From contig JAYUUO010000191.1 in the NCBI GenBank assembly GCA_043754515.1, positions 1 through 31,943 of the forward strand: DNA of 31,943 nucleotides, in the 5' to 3' direction. Each line of letters starts with the position of its first letter. Position 1 is the first letter of the stretch. Made by a program: the position numbers and the translations under genes. Below the pieces are notes generated by a model, which worked only from the letters and a program-made list of their open reading frames with translations, was not told the origin of the DNA and ran no database searches. The stretch is from Armatimonadota bacterium. GTDB taxonomy: Bacteria > Armatimonadota > Armatimonadia > Armatimonadales > Armatimonadaceae. This document shows, piece after piece, positions 10,270-18,731 of the stretch.

Positions 10270-10314
10270 CCGAATCCCGGTGAAAAGTTTCTAACACCCT
10301 CGGTGGGACGCATC

Positions 10315-12030
10315 TCACTCCTGTGTGTTCGGTGTCGCCGTCACGACCTCGCGCATCTCGCGGGCGAACTCGTCGAGTAGCGACGTCGCCTCGCCGCCCG
10401 CGTTCGCGTCCCCCGTCTCCACCTGCGTGAGTAGCGACGCCACTCCTTGCAGGAGCAGACTCGCGGCGAAGACGCGCTTGTGATGCTTGCGCTTCGTCGG
10501 CTCGTCGGCGGTGGCGGGCGGATTGACCGCCTTCAGGAGCGACACCAGTCCGCTCACCTTCGCCGTCTGCGCGGACGTTGCCTTGTAAAAGACGTCCCGC
10601 GCGATCTGCTTCTTTTCATACGCGGCGCGGTTCTGCGTCACGCGATCCGCGATTCGCGTGATGCCCGCGTCGAATAGTTGCAACGCCGCGCGATAGCGCG
10701 CCCCCGCGTCGGCGCTGCCGGTCATCGCCGTCAGCTCGCGCAACGCCCCGTCGTAGTCGCCTTTGGTCGCCAGCAACCGCGCGTAGCCGAGCATCGCGTC
10801 GTGGTTGGCGGGCGCGTTCTTCCGCGCCGCCAGATAGAGCGTCGCCGCCGCGTCCGTGTCGCCTTCCGCGACCAGTGCCTCCGCAAGTCCGAGTTGCGCC
10901 CACACCGCGTCCGGTTGCGTCGCCAGAATTGCGGAATAGGTGTTCTTCGCCGCCACCGTGTCACCAGTCTGTGTCAGGACATCGGCGAGGAGGCGCGACG
11001 CGGCGGCGTGCCCCTTGATGTCGGTCGCGGGCACCACGCTCAGGGCGCGTTTCGCCTCGGAGAGCGCGTCGCCCTTGCGCCCAGCTTGCAGGTATGCGCT
11101 GGCGAGCGACGCGCGGAACGCCGTGTTGAGCGGCGACAGGCTGACGGCTTTGCGGTAGGAGAGGATCGCGCCGGGGATGTCACCGGCGCGCAGTTCATCG
11201 TCGCCCTGGTGCCGCTCCGCCTCCGCCGCGTTGTCGGTATCCGCCCCGGAGGACGGGAGCGGCTCTCGCGCCGTGACCGGCGCGACCGGGACGACGGGCG
11301 CGGTCATCGGCACGGGCGCGGCGACGTCCGGCTCGCCGTTCGCGAGGAGCGGGACCGCCGGGGGCGGGGTCGCGCGCACGGTCGGGATCGGTTGCGTCGC
11401 GGGCTGGCTCGGCGGCGTCACCCGCGATAATTCGCGTAGCGGCCCGTTCAGGAAACCCTCGACCAGCATATTCGCCGCGCTGAGCAGGGCGTTGCTCGGG
11501 CCACCTGGCAACCCGGACGTCCCGCTCGCGTTGCGCCGGTCCCGCCACACCTTGTGCCCCTCGATCTGCTCCGTTTGTAGCGAAACATCTACCGCGCCCT
11601 GCGCCGGGGACGCCGGGAGGCCCGAGACCACGAACGCCGAGTAGCCCGCGCCCGCCGCCTTCGCCAGCGCGTAGCACTCCGTCTCGGTCGGCTGATCCGG
11701 CTTGATCAGTTTGATCTTCGCCTCCATCATCGCCCGCGCGAAGAGCGGGCTGTCCGGCGCGTACAGCACCGCGTCCACGTACCCCGACTCATTAAAACGG
11801 TCGCGCACCGCCGCCGCCGCCTGCCGCGCCCGCGACACATTTTCGTCCCCGGTGGCACTGCCCCCGGAGTCACGCGCGCCTGTCGAGACCCCCGGAGTGA
11901 ACAGCACAATCAGCGGCTTGGCCGGAGCCGCGAACACGCCGCAGGCGGTTCCCGCGAGAGCCGCGAGCAGTCCCAGCACCTTCCGAACCCCGGATAATCC
12001 CGGCGTCAACCCGTTCTTTCTAGTTCCCAC
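10315..12030 (-). CDS. Exported TPR-repeat protein with an N-terminal alpha/beta (TolB-N/CsgG-like) domain
   Basis: Signal-peptide-like N-terminus, Pro-rich linker and multiple TPRs (AILSYRKAVSLSP, AQLGLAEAL, AMLGYARLL). Confidence 0.75.
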   Translation of the reverse strand: MGTRKNGLTPGLSGVRKVLGLLAALAGTACGVFAAPAKPLIVLFTPGVSTGARDSGGSATGDENVSRARQAAAAVRDRFNESGYVDAVLYAPDSPLFARAMMEAKIKLIKPDQPTETECYALAKAAGAGYSAFVVSGLPASPAQGAVDVSLQTEQIEGHKVWRDRRNASGTSGLPGGPSNALLSAANMLVEGFLNGPLRELSRVTPPSQPATQPIPTVRATPPPAVPLLANGEPDVAAPVPMTAPVVPVAPVTAREPLPSSGADTDNAAEAERHQGDDELRAGDIPGAILSYRKAVSLSPLNTAFRASLASAYLQAGRKGDALSEAKRALSVVPATDIKGHAAASRLLADVLTQTGDTVAAKNTYSAILATQPDAVWAQLGLAEALVAEGDTDAAATLYLAARKNAPANHDAMLGYARLLATKGDYDGALRELTAMTGSADAGARYRAALQLFDAGITRIADRVTQNRAAYEKKQIARDVFYKATSAQTAKVSGLVSLLKAVNPPATADEPTKRKHHKRVFAASLLLQGVASLLTQVETGDANAGGEATSLLDEFAREMREVVTATPNTQE

Positions 12031-13510
12031 CGAGCACCCCCAGTGCCGCTTCGCAGGTGTTCAAGCCGCGTTGCGCCGCGCCGGGGTTGCGACCGGTTGC
12101 TATCCGCGCTTTGTACGCCGCGATGGCTTGTATGTAGGCGACCTTCGCGCTCCCCGAGTCGCCGGCGCGCTGGTAGCACAGCGCGATCGCCTGTTGCGAA
12201 TCGGCCACGGACGCGCCCGCCGCGATGGCTTCGCGGTACGCTGTTACCGCGTCGGGGTAGCGGCCCAGACCTTGCAAGACGCGCGCCCGCTCTAGCGGCG
12301 CGCCGTCCATGTCGGGCGCGGGCGTCGGTACCGTTTTAGGAACCGGGCCGGACGTAGCAGAAGCCGCTACCCCGGACCTAGGGCCGCGCGGGCTGACCGT
12401 GATTCGCATGTAACCCGAGGGGCGCGATGACGGGGCGGTGACGGGGGGCACCGCGCCTGTCGCGCCCGTAGGCGGTACCGCCGCGACGCGCTCGCCGTCG
12501 CCGAACCCGCCCGACATGGTGCCGCTACCGGCACTCACGCCGCGATTGGTGCCGGGCGGGGCCGCGACGATAGGCGGTAGCGACGCGTCGCCACCAAGTG
12601 ATTCTTTGCTTACTTTGATTATTTCGGCGGGAACGAAGAGCGGCGCGGTTTTAACGCGACCGGCCCCGGGCAGTGCTTTCGCCTGGGGTAGGGGCGCGGC
12701 GGCTAAAGCCGCCGGCAACGCGGGGGCACGACCCGCCGTCGCGCCCGCGCCCGCCGCGCCTTGCGCCGCCTGCGCCTGTAGCTGTCTGCGCGTCGCGTCG
12801 AGCGGCACGAACGGGTCCATGCCCCGCGCGACGTCGGGAGCGGGCGGCGGCGCGGCGACCGCGTTGACGGGGACTGATGCGTCGGGAGACGGATCGGGCG
12901 TGGCTACTACCCCCGGCGCGGCACGCGGATGCCGGGGGATGAACGCGCCGCCCGGCGTCATGGCGACGAAGCCGACGAACAGCGCGAACCCGCCCGCGAC
13001 CATTCCGGCGGCGACCGGGAACCAGTTCGGCAGCGTGAACGGCGTGGTACCCGGCAGTCCCGCGCCGCGCAGGGTGGGCACGGTGCCCGCCGACACCGGC
13101 TTTCCCGGCGGCGAACTTGTGTGCTCACCGCGCTTCAGCCGCTCCAAACGCGTCGCTTCGGCGGGCGCGTTGGGCAGGAGCATGACTACCTTTTCCTGCG
13201 CGACGACCGCCTTATCGAACTGGTCGGTGTGCTCGTAGAGTGCGACGAGGAGACCGTAGGCCGACGGGCTGAACGGCAACGTCGCGACCGCCTCAAGGGC
13301 GATGGGTATCGCGCCGATATACTTGCCCTGATCGGCGAGCAGGTGCGCGTCGGCAAGTAGCACCGCGCCACGGGCGGCTCTGCGATCCGACTCGGCGCGG
13401 GCGGCTTCTTCGGCGGCGAGGCTGCCTTCAGGCGGGGCGGTCTTCGCGCCGCACTCGCGGCAGAACTTGTTGCCGACCGGGTTTCGACTGTTACATTCTT
13501 TGCACGTCAT
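12020..13510 (-). CDS. Zinc-ribbon + TPR single-pass membrane protein
   Basis: N-terminal CKEC...KFCRECG, TPRs, a TM helix (WFPVAAGMVAGGFALFVGFVAM), a Pro/Ala linker and a C-terminal TPR. Confidence 0.8.
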   Translation of the reverse strand: MTCKECNSRNPVGNKFCRECGAKTAPPEGSLAAEEAARAESDRRAARGAVLLADAHLLADQGKYIGAIPIALEAVATLPFSPSAYGLLVALYEHTDQFDKAVVAQEKVVMLLPNAPAEATRLERLKRGEHTSSPPGKPVSAGTVPTLRGAGLPGTTPFTLPNWFPVAAGMVAGGFALFVGFVAMTPGGAFIPRHPRAAPGVVATPDPSPDASVPVNAVAAPPPAPDVARGMDPFVPLDATRRQLQAQAAQGAAGAGATAGRAPALPAALAAAPLPQAKALPGAGRVKTAPLFVPAEIIKVSKESLGGDASLPPIVAAPPGTNRGVSAGSGTMSGGFGDGERVAAVPPTGATGAVPPVTAPSSRPSGYMRITVSPRGPRSGVAASATSGPVPKTVPTPAPDMDGAPLERARVLQGLGRYPDAVTAYREAIAAGASVADSQQAIALCYQRAGDSGSAKVAYIQAIAAYKARIATGRNPGAAQRGLNTCEAALGVLGGN

Positions 13511-14223
13511 AATCTATCCTTCAGGGAGGCGGATAATTTGTCCCACCCGAATCCGCCGTCATTGGTGACGTAGTTTCGGCAAACACCACTCGTATGTATG
13601 TTGACTACTTGCATGTATTCGTCCCGAAACATCGTGTTCAGGTTCGACAGTTTATGCCCGATGGGTTCAACCACCTGCGAGTACAGGTCGGGAATGTGCG
13701 AGATGAGAGACCAGAACGTATCGCCGCATAATCTGGAGTGACCCATCCGCTCTTTATTTTCACCAGTTCCGAAGCAACAACCTTCAACAAAAACGATGTC
13801 GAAACCACGGCTGCTCCTCGGGTGTGTCTTCCGTGACTGTTGAAAACGACGAAGCATCCGCGCCGATGTTTTCGGGTCTTGCGCCACTGCCGTGGACAAG
13901 ACGATCATGTATAGCGTATCGCCGAGTTGCAATTTAAAGTCTATCCTCTCCGTAGCAGAGTCATCGGCTGAACTTACACCGCGAATCAACTCCCTCAAAA
14001 AGTTGTCCGTCCGCTCCCCCTGTCGGGGCACCAGATGATTATCCAGCAGACGTTGCGCGACATCTTGCGGAGTAAGGAGAGTACGGCTCAGGGAGTAAAT
14101 ATTTTCGCGACTCGCCGACTGTAACAAATCGAACGACAAAAGGTCCGCCATCCACTGCTTGTATACCGCAGGTGGTCTACTCTCCGCGAAGTCGGTCGCC
14201 GTCTCGAGGTTAGATAGTTTCAT
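13507..14223 (-). CDS. Degenerate EcoO109I/PmeII-like type II restriction endonuclease homolog
   Basis: VEGCCFG, LCGDTFWSLIS..PDLY..VVEPIGHK and GFGWDKL resemble this family as I recall it. GC is visibly lower than in flanking genes. Confidence 0.6.
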   Translation of the reverse strand: MKLSNLETATDFAESRPPAVYKQWMADLLSFDLLQSASRENIYSLSRTLLTPQDVAQRLLDNHLVPRQGERTDNFLRELIRGVSSADDSATERIDFKLQLGDTLYMIVLSTAVAQDPKTSARMLRRFQQSRKTHPRSSRGFDIVFVEGCCFGTGENKERMGHSRLCGDTFWSLISHIPDLYSQVVEPIGHKLSNLNTMFRDEYMQVVNIHTSGVCRNYVTNDGGFGWDKLSASLKDRL

Positions 14224-14313
14224 GCTTTATCCGCTAGACTTTCAGTGCGATTTTAGACAGCATAACGTGCGAGTGGGCACGGTGCGGCTACTTGGGTGGG
14301 AGACTCAGGGTAG

Positions 14314-15408
14314 CTAGAACATGCTGCCCGTGTCGTCTATGTCGCTCGTTTTGCCGGAGCGGAGCGGGATCCCGAGGTGCCGGTACGCCCCGCGCAGTGC
14401 GACCCGCCCGCGCGGGGTGCGGTTCAAAAATCCCATCGCCATCAGGTACGGCTCGTGAACGTCTTCCAGTGTATCGCGTTCCTCGCGTAGCGTCGCCGCC
14501 AGCGTTTCCATCCCGACCGGCCCGCCGTCGAACACTTCGATGATCGTTCGGAGCAAACGCCGGTCGAAATCGTCCAGCCCGAGGTTGTCTACCCCCTGCA
14601 TCAGGAGCGACGCGTCCGCGACCGCGCTCGTAATAATCCCGTCCGCGCGTACCTGCGCGTAGTCGCGCACCCGCTTGAGCAGGCGGTTTGCGATGCGCGG
14701 CGTGCCCCGCGACCGCCGCGCGATTTCGCACGCGCCGCTCGTCTCGATCTCGACCTTTAGGATGTCCGCCGACCGCGTGATGATCCGGGCCAGGTCTTCC
14801 TCGGTATAAAACTCGAACGACTGCACGATGCCGAAGCGGTCGCGGAGCGGGTTCGTGAGCAGACCGGGGCGCGTGGTCGCGCCGATCAGCGTGAACGGTT
14901 GGAGCGGGACTTTCACCGTGCGCGCGGACGGCCCCTGCCCGATCACCATGTCCATCTCGCGGTCTTCCATCGCCGGGTACAGGAACTCCTCAGCGAGGCG
15001 GTTCAGGCGGTGGATCTCGTCAATGAACAGGATGGCGTTCGCTTCGAGGTTGGTCAGGATCGCGACCAGATCGCCGGGCCGCTCGATGGCCGGGCCGGAC
15101 GTCGAGCGAAAGCCCGCGCCCATCTCGTTCGCGATCACGTTCGCGAGTGACGTTTTGCCGAGTCCAGGCGGGCCGTGGAGCAGGATGTGATCCAGCGGCT
15201 CTTCGCGCAGTTTGGCGGCGGCGAGCGCGATGCCCAGATTTTCCTTGATCTTGTGCTGCCCGATATACTCCACGAGCCGCTTGGGGCGGAGCGAGCCTTC
15301 GTCGAGGTCCTCCTTTTTAGAGAAGCCGCCCCCGACCAGGCGGTTATTGTCGCCGCCGCCGTCGCCGTCGGAATCGTCGAAACGCAAAGGGGAAGATTGA
15401 ATCGGCAT
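14314..15408 (-). CDS. ruvB: Holliday junction branch migration helicase RuvB
   Basis: [64 protein letters not shown] and RTPRGR. Confidence 0.97.
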   Translation of the reverse strand: MPIQSSPLRFDDSDGDGGGDNNRLVGGGFSKKEDLDEGSLRPKRLVEYIGQHKIKENLGIALAAAKLREEPLDHILLHGPPGLGKTSLANVIANEMGAGFRSTSGPAIERPGDLVAILTNLEANAILFIDEIHRLNRLAEEFLYPAMEDREMDMVIGQGPSARTVKVPLQPFTLIGATTRPGLLTNPLRDRFGIVQSFEFYTEEDLARIITRSADILKVEIETSGACEIARRSRGTPRIANRLLKRVRDYAQVRADGIITSAVADASLLMQGVDNLGLDDFDRRLLRTIIEVFDGGPVGMETLAATLREERDTLEDVHEPYLMAMGFLNRTPRGRVALRGAYRHLGIPLRSGKTSDIDDTGSMF

Positions 15409-15458
15409 GTGACTGTTCAGGTTCTGCGAGATAATCGCACCAACGAATACTTCCCGCG

Positions 15459-15467
15459 ATTATACCA
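15459..15467 (-). promoter_or_regulatory. Extended -10 promoter for ruvB
   Basis: TGGTATAAT on the minus strand, about 50 nt upstream of the ruvB ATG. Confidence 0.55.
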
Positions 15468-15685
15468 CGTTGCGACCCGCCGTCCTCAAATCGGATCGGT
15501 GAATCGTTCCCACCCGCGAGCGGGTGCGCGGCGCGCTCCGCGCGGGCCGGTTGTTGCGCTTGGTGGGACAAGGGGGTAGGCGGGGGAGGGGCGGGGTGTG
15601 GTTAGGGTTGTCGGAGGCGTATCTGGTAGTCGTTACCCCTCTCCGCGATCTACCGCACGCAGAACAATAATCAAAAAGCAGAACC

Positions 15686-15713
15686 GTGACAACATAAACC
15701 GGGCTGGTATAAT
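15686..15713 (+). promoter_or_regulatory. Sigma70-like promoter, probably leaderless, for the CHASE2 cyclase
   Basis: GTGACA-N16-TATAAT with a TG extension. The -10 box ends 7 nt before ATG 15721. Confidence 0.6.
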
Positions 15714-15720
15714 ATACCTC

Positions 15721-17547
15721 ATGCGCGCAACGGCACCGTTCCGGGAGTCCCCCTTCAAACACTACCGGTTCAGCGCGGTCGCCGGGGTTTTGGTGGCGAT
15801 TCTGGTGGCACTCCTTCCGCTCACCGACTTCGGGGAGCGCGTCGAACTGCGCACCCACGACCTCCGCTTCGCGCTACGCGGGCCGCGCCCGAGTACGGCG
15901 CGCATCGTCGTGGTTGGCGCACGCCGCTCCACCCTCGCCGCGTGGCCCGAGCCGACCCTGTTTTGGGGCACCCGCTACGCCGCCGTGATCGCTAGTGCCC
16001 ACCGGAACGAGGCGCGCGCCATCGGGCTTGATTTCGTCCCGGCGGTGTCCGTGGATGACTACTTGCAGGCGGCGGGGGCGAGCACCGCCGTCCACCCGGA
16101 CGCCGATCTCGCGGGCGCGATTCAGGCGGCGGGCGGGCACGTGGTGCTGTCGGAAGTGCTCGACGTGTCGGGCGAGACGCCGGTCGCGCCGATCCCGCGT
16201 CTCGCGTTCCTGCCGGACGTCGGGAGGCGAATCGGCTTCATCAACTTCCCGGCGAGTGCCGACAACATCGCGCGCATGTATGACGTTTCGGTGCGCGGGC
16301 GTAGCGTCGGCGGCCCGGACGACGGCGCGGTCGGGGGCGATACACGCTGGTCGCTGGGGGCACTGCTCGCGGCCCGCCCGTCCCCCGGCGGCGCGCCGCC
16401 GCGCCTCCCCGGCGGGCGCAATTCGTTCTATATCAACTACACCGGCGGGACTTTCCCAATGATCCCCGCCGAGCGGATGGCGTCGAACGACCTATCGGCG
16501 GCGGAGCGCGAGCAGGCTCGGGGCGCGGTGGTGCTGGTCGGCGAGAATTACCCCGGCGCGACCGACAATCACATCGGGCCGAACGGGCGCGTATATGACG
16601 GCGTGGTCATCCACGCCGAGGCGATAGCGAGTCTTTTGGACGGGCGGATGCTCGGTCGCGGCACCCCCGCGCGGGAGTCGCTGATCACGCTCGCGGCGGG
16701 CCTTTCTGTCGCCGCGCTGACCTGGTTCCTCTCGGGGCGGCGGGGGCTGATCGCCGTAGTGACACTCGCGGCCGCGATTTGCGGCGGCGTCTGGCTCGCC
16801 TTCGTCCGCGCCGATTTTCTGCTCCCGCTCGCCGCGCCGGGGATCGCAGCCGCTGTCGTCTGGCTCACGGTGCGCAGTGTTCGCTCGGTCGAAGAAGGAT
16901 TCCGACGCCTCCGCATCGAAGCAACGTTCGGGCGTCATGTCGCGCCCGCCGTGCGCGACCATCTGCTCGCGGTGGCGGCGAACGATGAGCTTGGGGGGGC
17001 GCGGTGTGAGGTCACGGTGCTGTTTTTCGACCTGCGCGGCTCCACGAAGTACGCGGCGGAGCGCGGGCCGGCAGAGATGGTATCGGAACTGAACGAACTG
17101 TTCGCGGGGGTCGTACCGGTGATCGAGGCGAACAACGGGCTGGTGAATCGCTTCCTGGGAGACGGGTTCCTGGCGATCTTCGGCTGGCCCGAATCGCCGC
17201 CCGAAGGGCACGCGCAGGCGGCGATGAACGCCGCGGTCGGGATGCTCGCGGCGATGCCGGTGGTAAACGCGAGCCGCGCTGCGCGGCAGTTGACCCCCTG
17301 GCGCATCGGGTGCGCGATCCACACCGGCGAGGTACTTTGCGGTAATGTCGGGGTGCGCTCGCGCACCGAGTTCACGTTCATGGGTAGCACGATCAACCGC
17401 GCCGCGCATATGGAACGGTTGAACAAGGAGATGGGGACGCAGGTCGTGTTCAGCGAGGCCACGCTCAGTGGCTTGACCGCCGTGCCCCCCGGACTCAATG
17501 ACACGCGGAGCGACGAGTTCGGCATGCGCGTATACGGAATGGGTTGA
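15721..17547 (+). CDS. CHASE2-domain class III nucleotide cyclase
   Basis: N-terminal TM, CHASE2 motifs (IVVVG, AIGLDF, VVLVG, GVVIHAEAIASLLD), 3 TM helices, and a cyclase domain (VTVLFFDLRGST, FLGDG, IHTGEV..GNVG). ATG 15721 is preferred over GTG 15598. Confidence 0.88.
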   Translation: MRATAPFRESPFKHYRFSAVAGVLVAILVALLPLTDFGERVELRTHDLRFALRGPRPSTARIVVVGARRSTLAAWPEPTLFWGTRYAAVIASAHRNEARAIGLDFVPAVSVDDYLQAAGASTAVHPDADLAGAIQAAGGHVVLSEVLDVSGETPVAPIPRLAFLPDVGRRIGFINFPASADNIARMYDVSVRGRSVGGPDDGAVGGDTRWSLGALLAARPSPGGAPPRLPGGRNSFYINYTGGTFPMIPAERMASNDLSAAEREQARGAVVLVGENYPGATDNHIGPNGRVYDGVVIHAEAIASLLDGRMLGRGTPARESLITLAAGLSVAALTWFLSGRRGLIAVVTLAAAICGGVWLAFVRADFLLPLAAPGIAAAVVWLTVRSVRSVEEGFRRLRIEATFGRHVAPAVRDHLLAVAANDELGGARCEVTVLFFDLRGSTKYAAERGPAEMVSELNELFAGVVPVIEANNGLVNRFLGDGFLAIFGWPESPPEGHAQAAMNAAVGMLAAMPVVNASRAARQLTPWRIGCAIHTGEVLCGNVGVRSRTEFTFMGSTINRAAHMERLNKEMGTQVVFSEATLSGLTAVPPGLNDTRSDEFGMRVYGMG

Positions 17548-17580
17548 ACTTTGGTACGATAGAGATGAAGGAACGCTATT

Positions 17581-18675
17581 ATGAAAAGATTGATCGTCGC
17601 GATCCCGGTCGTGGCTATGTTCTTTGTGCTCCCCGCCCTGGCCATACCGCCCGTTCCGGCGGCGGCACGCCCCGCCGTGCCCAAGCCCGTCGTCGCGCAC
17701 GCCCCGGCGGGGATGTTCGTCAGCGTGTCCGGCAAGGTCACGGTCGCGTCACCGGGGGATGCGATGCACAGACCGTCGCTCCGGCCAGCCGTATCCCTCG
17801 GACAGTTCTATGTCGGCGACCGCATCCAGGTCCCCGGCGCGACCGCACCCGCCGAAATCGTTTTCTTCGCCACGGGCCGACGGTGGCGGCTCCCCGGCGG
17901 CGGGACCACCCGCATCGTCTCCGCGAAGCAACTCACCGCGGTCGGCGCGGTCAAGCCGGTCGCCATGCGCTCCATCACCGGCCCGCTCCTCGGCGCGTTC
18001 CTGCTCGCGCCGGGCCAGGCGCGGTTCGCCCCGAACCAGGGCGGGACCAACAAGCGGATGTTCGCGCGCTCCAGCTACTCCTCCATCTCCTGCGTCCCGA
18101 TCGGTGCCGTCCGCTCGCCCGACACGGCACTCGTGCTCCGCTGGAAGGACGCCGCGACCGGCGTGACTAGCCCAGGCACCCTGGCTCCCGCCATGAAAGT
18201 CTGGGAGGGGGGCACGGGCACGCCGCCTGAGACGCCCCCGGACATTCCCGCCGGGAACGCGCTCGTCTCCGCGTCCGTTACGCCGATACCCCCCTCCACC
18301 GGGTCCGAGTACGCCGTGAAGTCCGTGCCGCTAGAACCGGGCAAGTGGTACGCCTGGAGCGTCGCCATCGGGGATCGGACCGCTACCAGCACGTTCCGCC
18401 TGCTCTCGGGCCTGGAACGGTCTATGGTCACCGACGTGGAGAAGCACTTCCGCGACGTCGAGGCGACCTCGAAGCCGGACGAAATGACGGGGCTTTGGCT
18501 CCTACTCGGGGACTTCTATACGCGCCACGACCTGTACCCCGACGCACTCACGGCGTACAATGCCGCGCACGCTCTGTCACCCGACGACGCGACGGCGGCG
18601 GAATGCGCCGCGAAACTGCGGGAGATGCTGATGGAACCCGCCGCTACGACACCGCCCCCCGCGCCGGTGCCGTAG
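17581..18675 (+). CDS. Secreted FecR-like / DUF928-like / TPR protein
   Basis: Signal peptide, then SVSGKVTV...YVGDRIQV (FecR-like), LEPGKWYAWSV and LGDFYTRHDLYPDAL (DUF928/TPR-like). Shine-Dalgarno AAGGA. Confidence 0.6.
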   Translation: MKRLIVAIPVVAMFFVLPALAIPPVPAAARPAVPKPVVAHAPAGMFVSVSGKVTVASPGDAMHRPSLRPAVSLGQFYVGDRIQVPGATAPAEIVFFATGRRWRLPGGGTTRIVSAKQLTAVGAVKPVAMRSITGPLLGAFLLAPGQARFAPNQGGTNKRMFARSSYSSISCVPIGAVRSPDTALVLRWKDAATGVTSPGTLAPAMKVWEGGTGTPPETPPDIPAGNALVSASVTPIPPSTGSEYAVKSVPLEPGKWYAWSVAIGDRTATSTFRLLSGLERSMVTDVEKHFRDVEATSKPDEMTGLWLLLGDFYTRHDLYPDALTAYNAAHALSPDDATAAECAAKLREMLMEPAATTPPPAPVP

Positions 18676-18687
18676 TGACTTCCCGCG

Positions 18688-18721
18688 CCCGGTCAAGCGA
18701 AACTAACTTCGCCTGACCGGG
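18688..18721. terminator. Hairpin between convergent genes
   Basis: CCCGGTCAAGCGAA-actaac-TTCGCCTGACCGGG (one mismatch). Confidence 0.6.
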
Positions 18722-18731
18722 AAGGATACGC

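Noticed and set aside
10013..10294. 93-aa plus-strand ORF
   Set aside because: TTG start right after a terminator with no clear RBS. Its hydrophobicity follows from the T-rich strand bias, and the signals fit a minus-strand transcript better.
15598..15720. N-terminal extensions in the ORF track (also 5059-5151, 20138-20392, 21567-21650, 23205-23270)
   Set aside because: They overlap promoters, the tRNA or neighbouring genes, or lack family-like sequence. Downstream ATGs fit the family N-termini.
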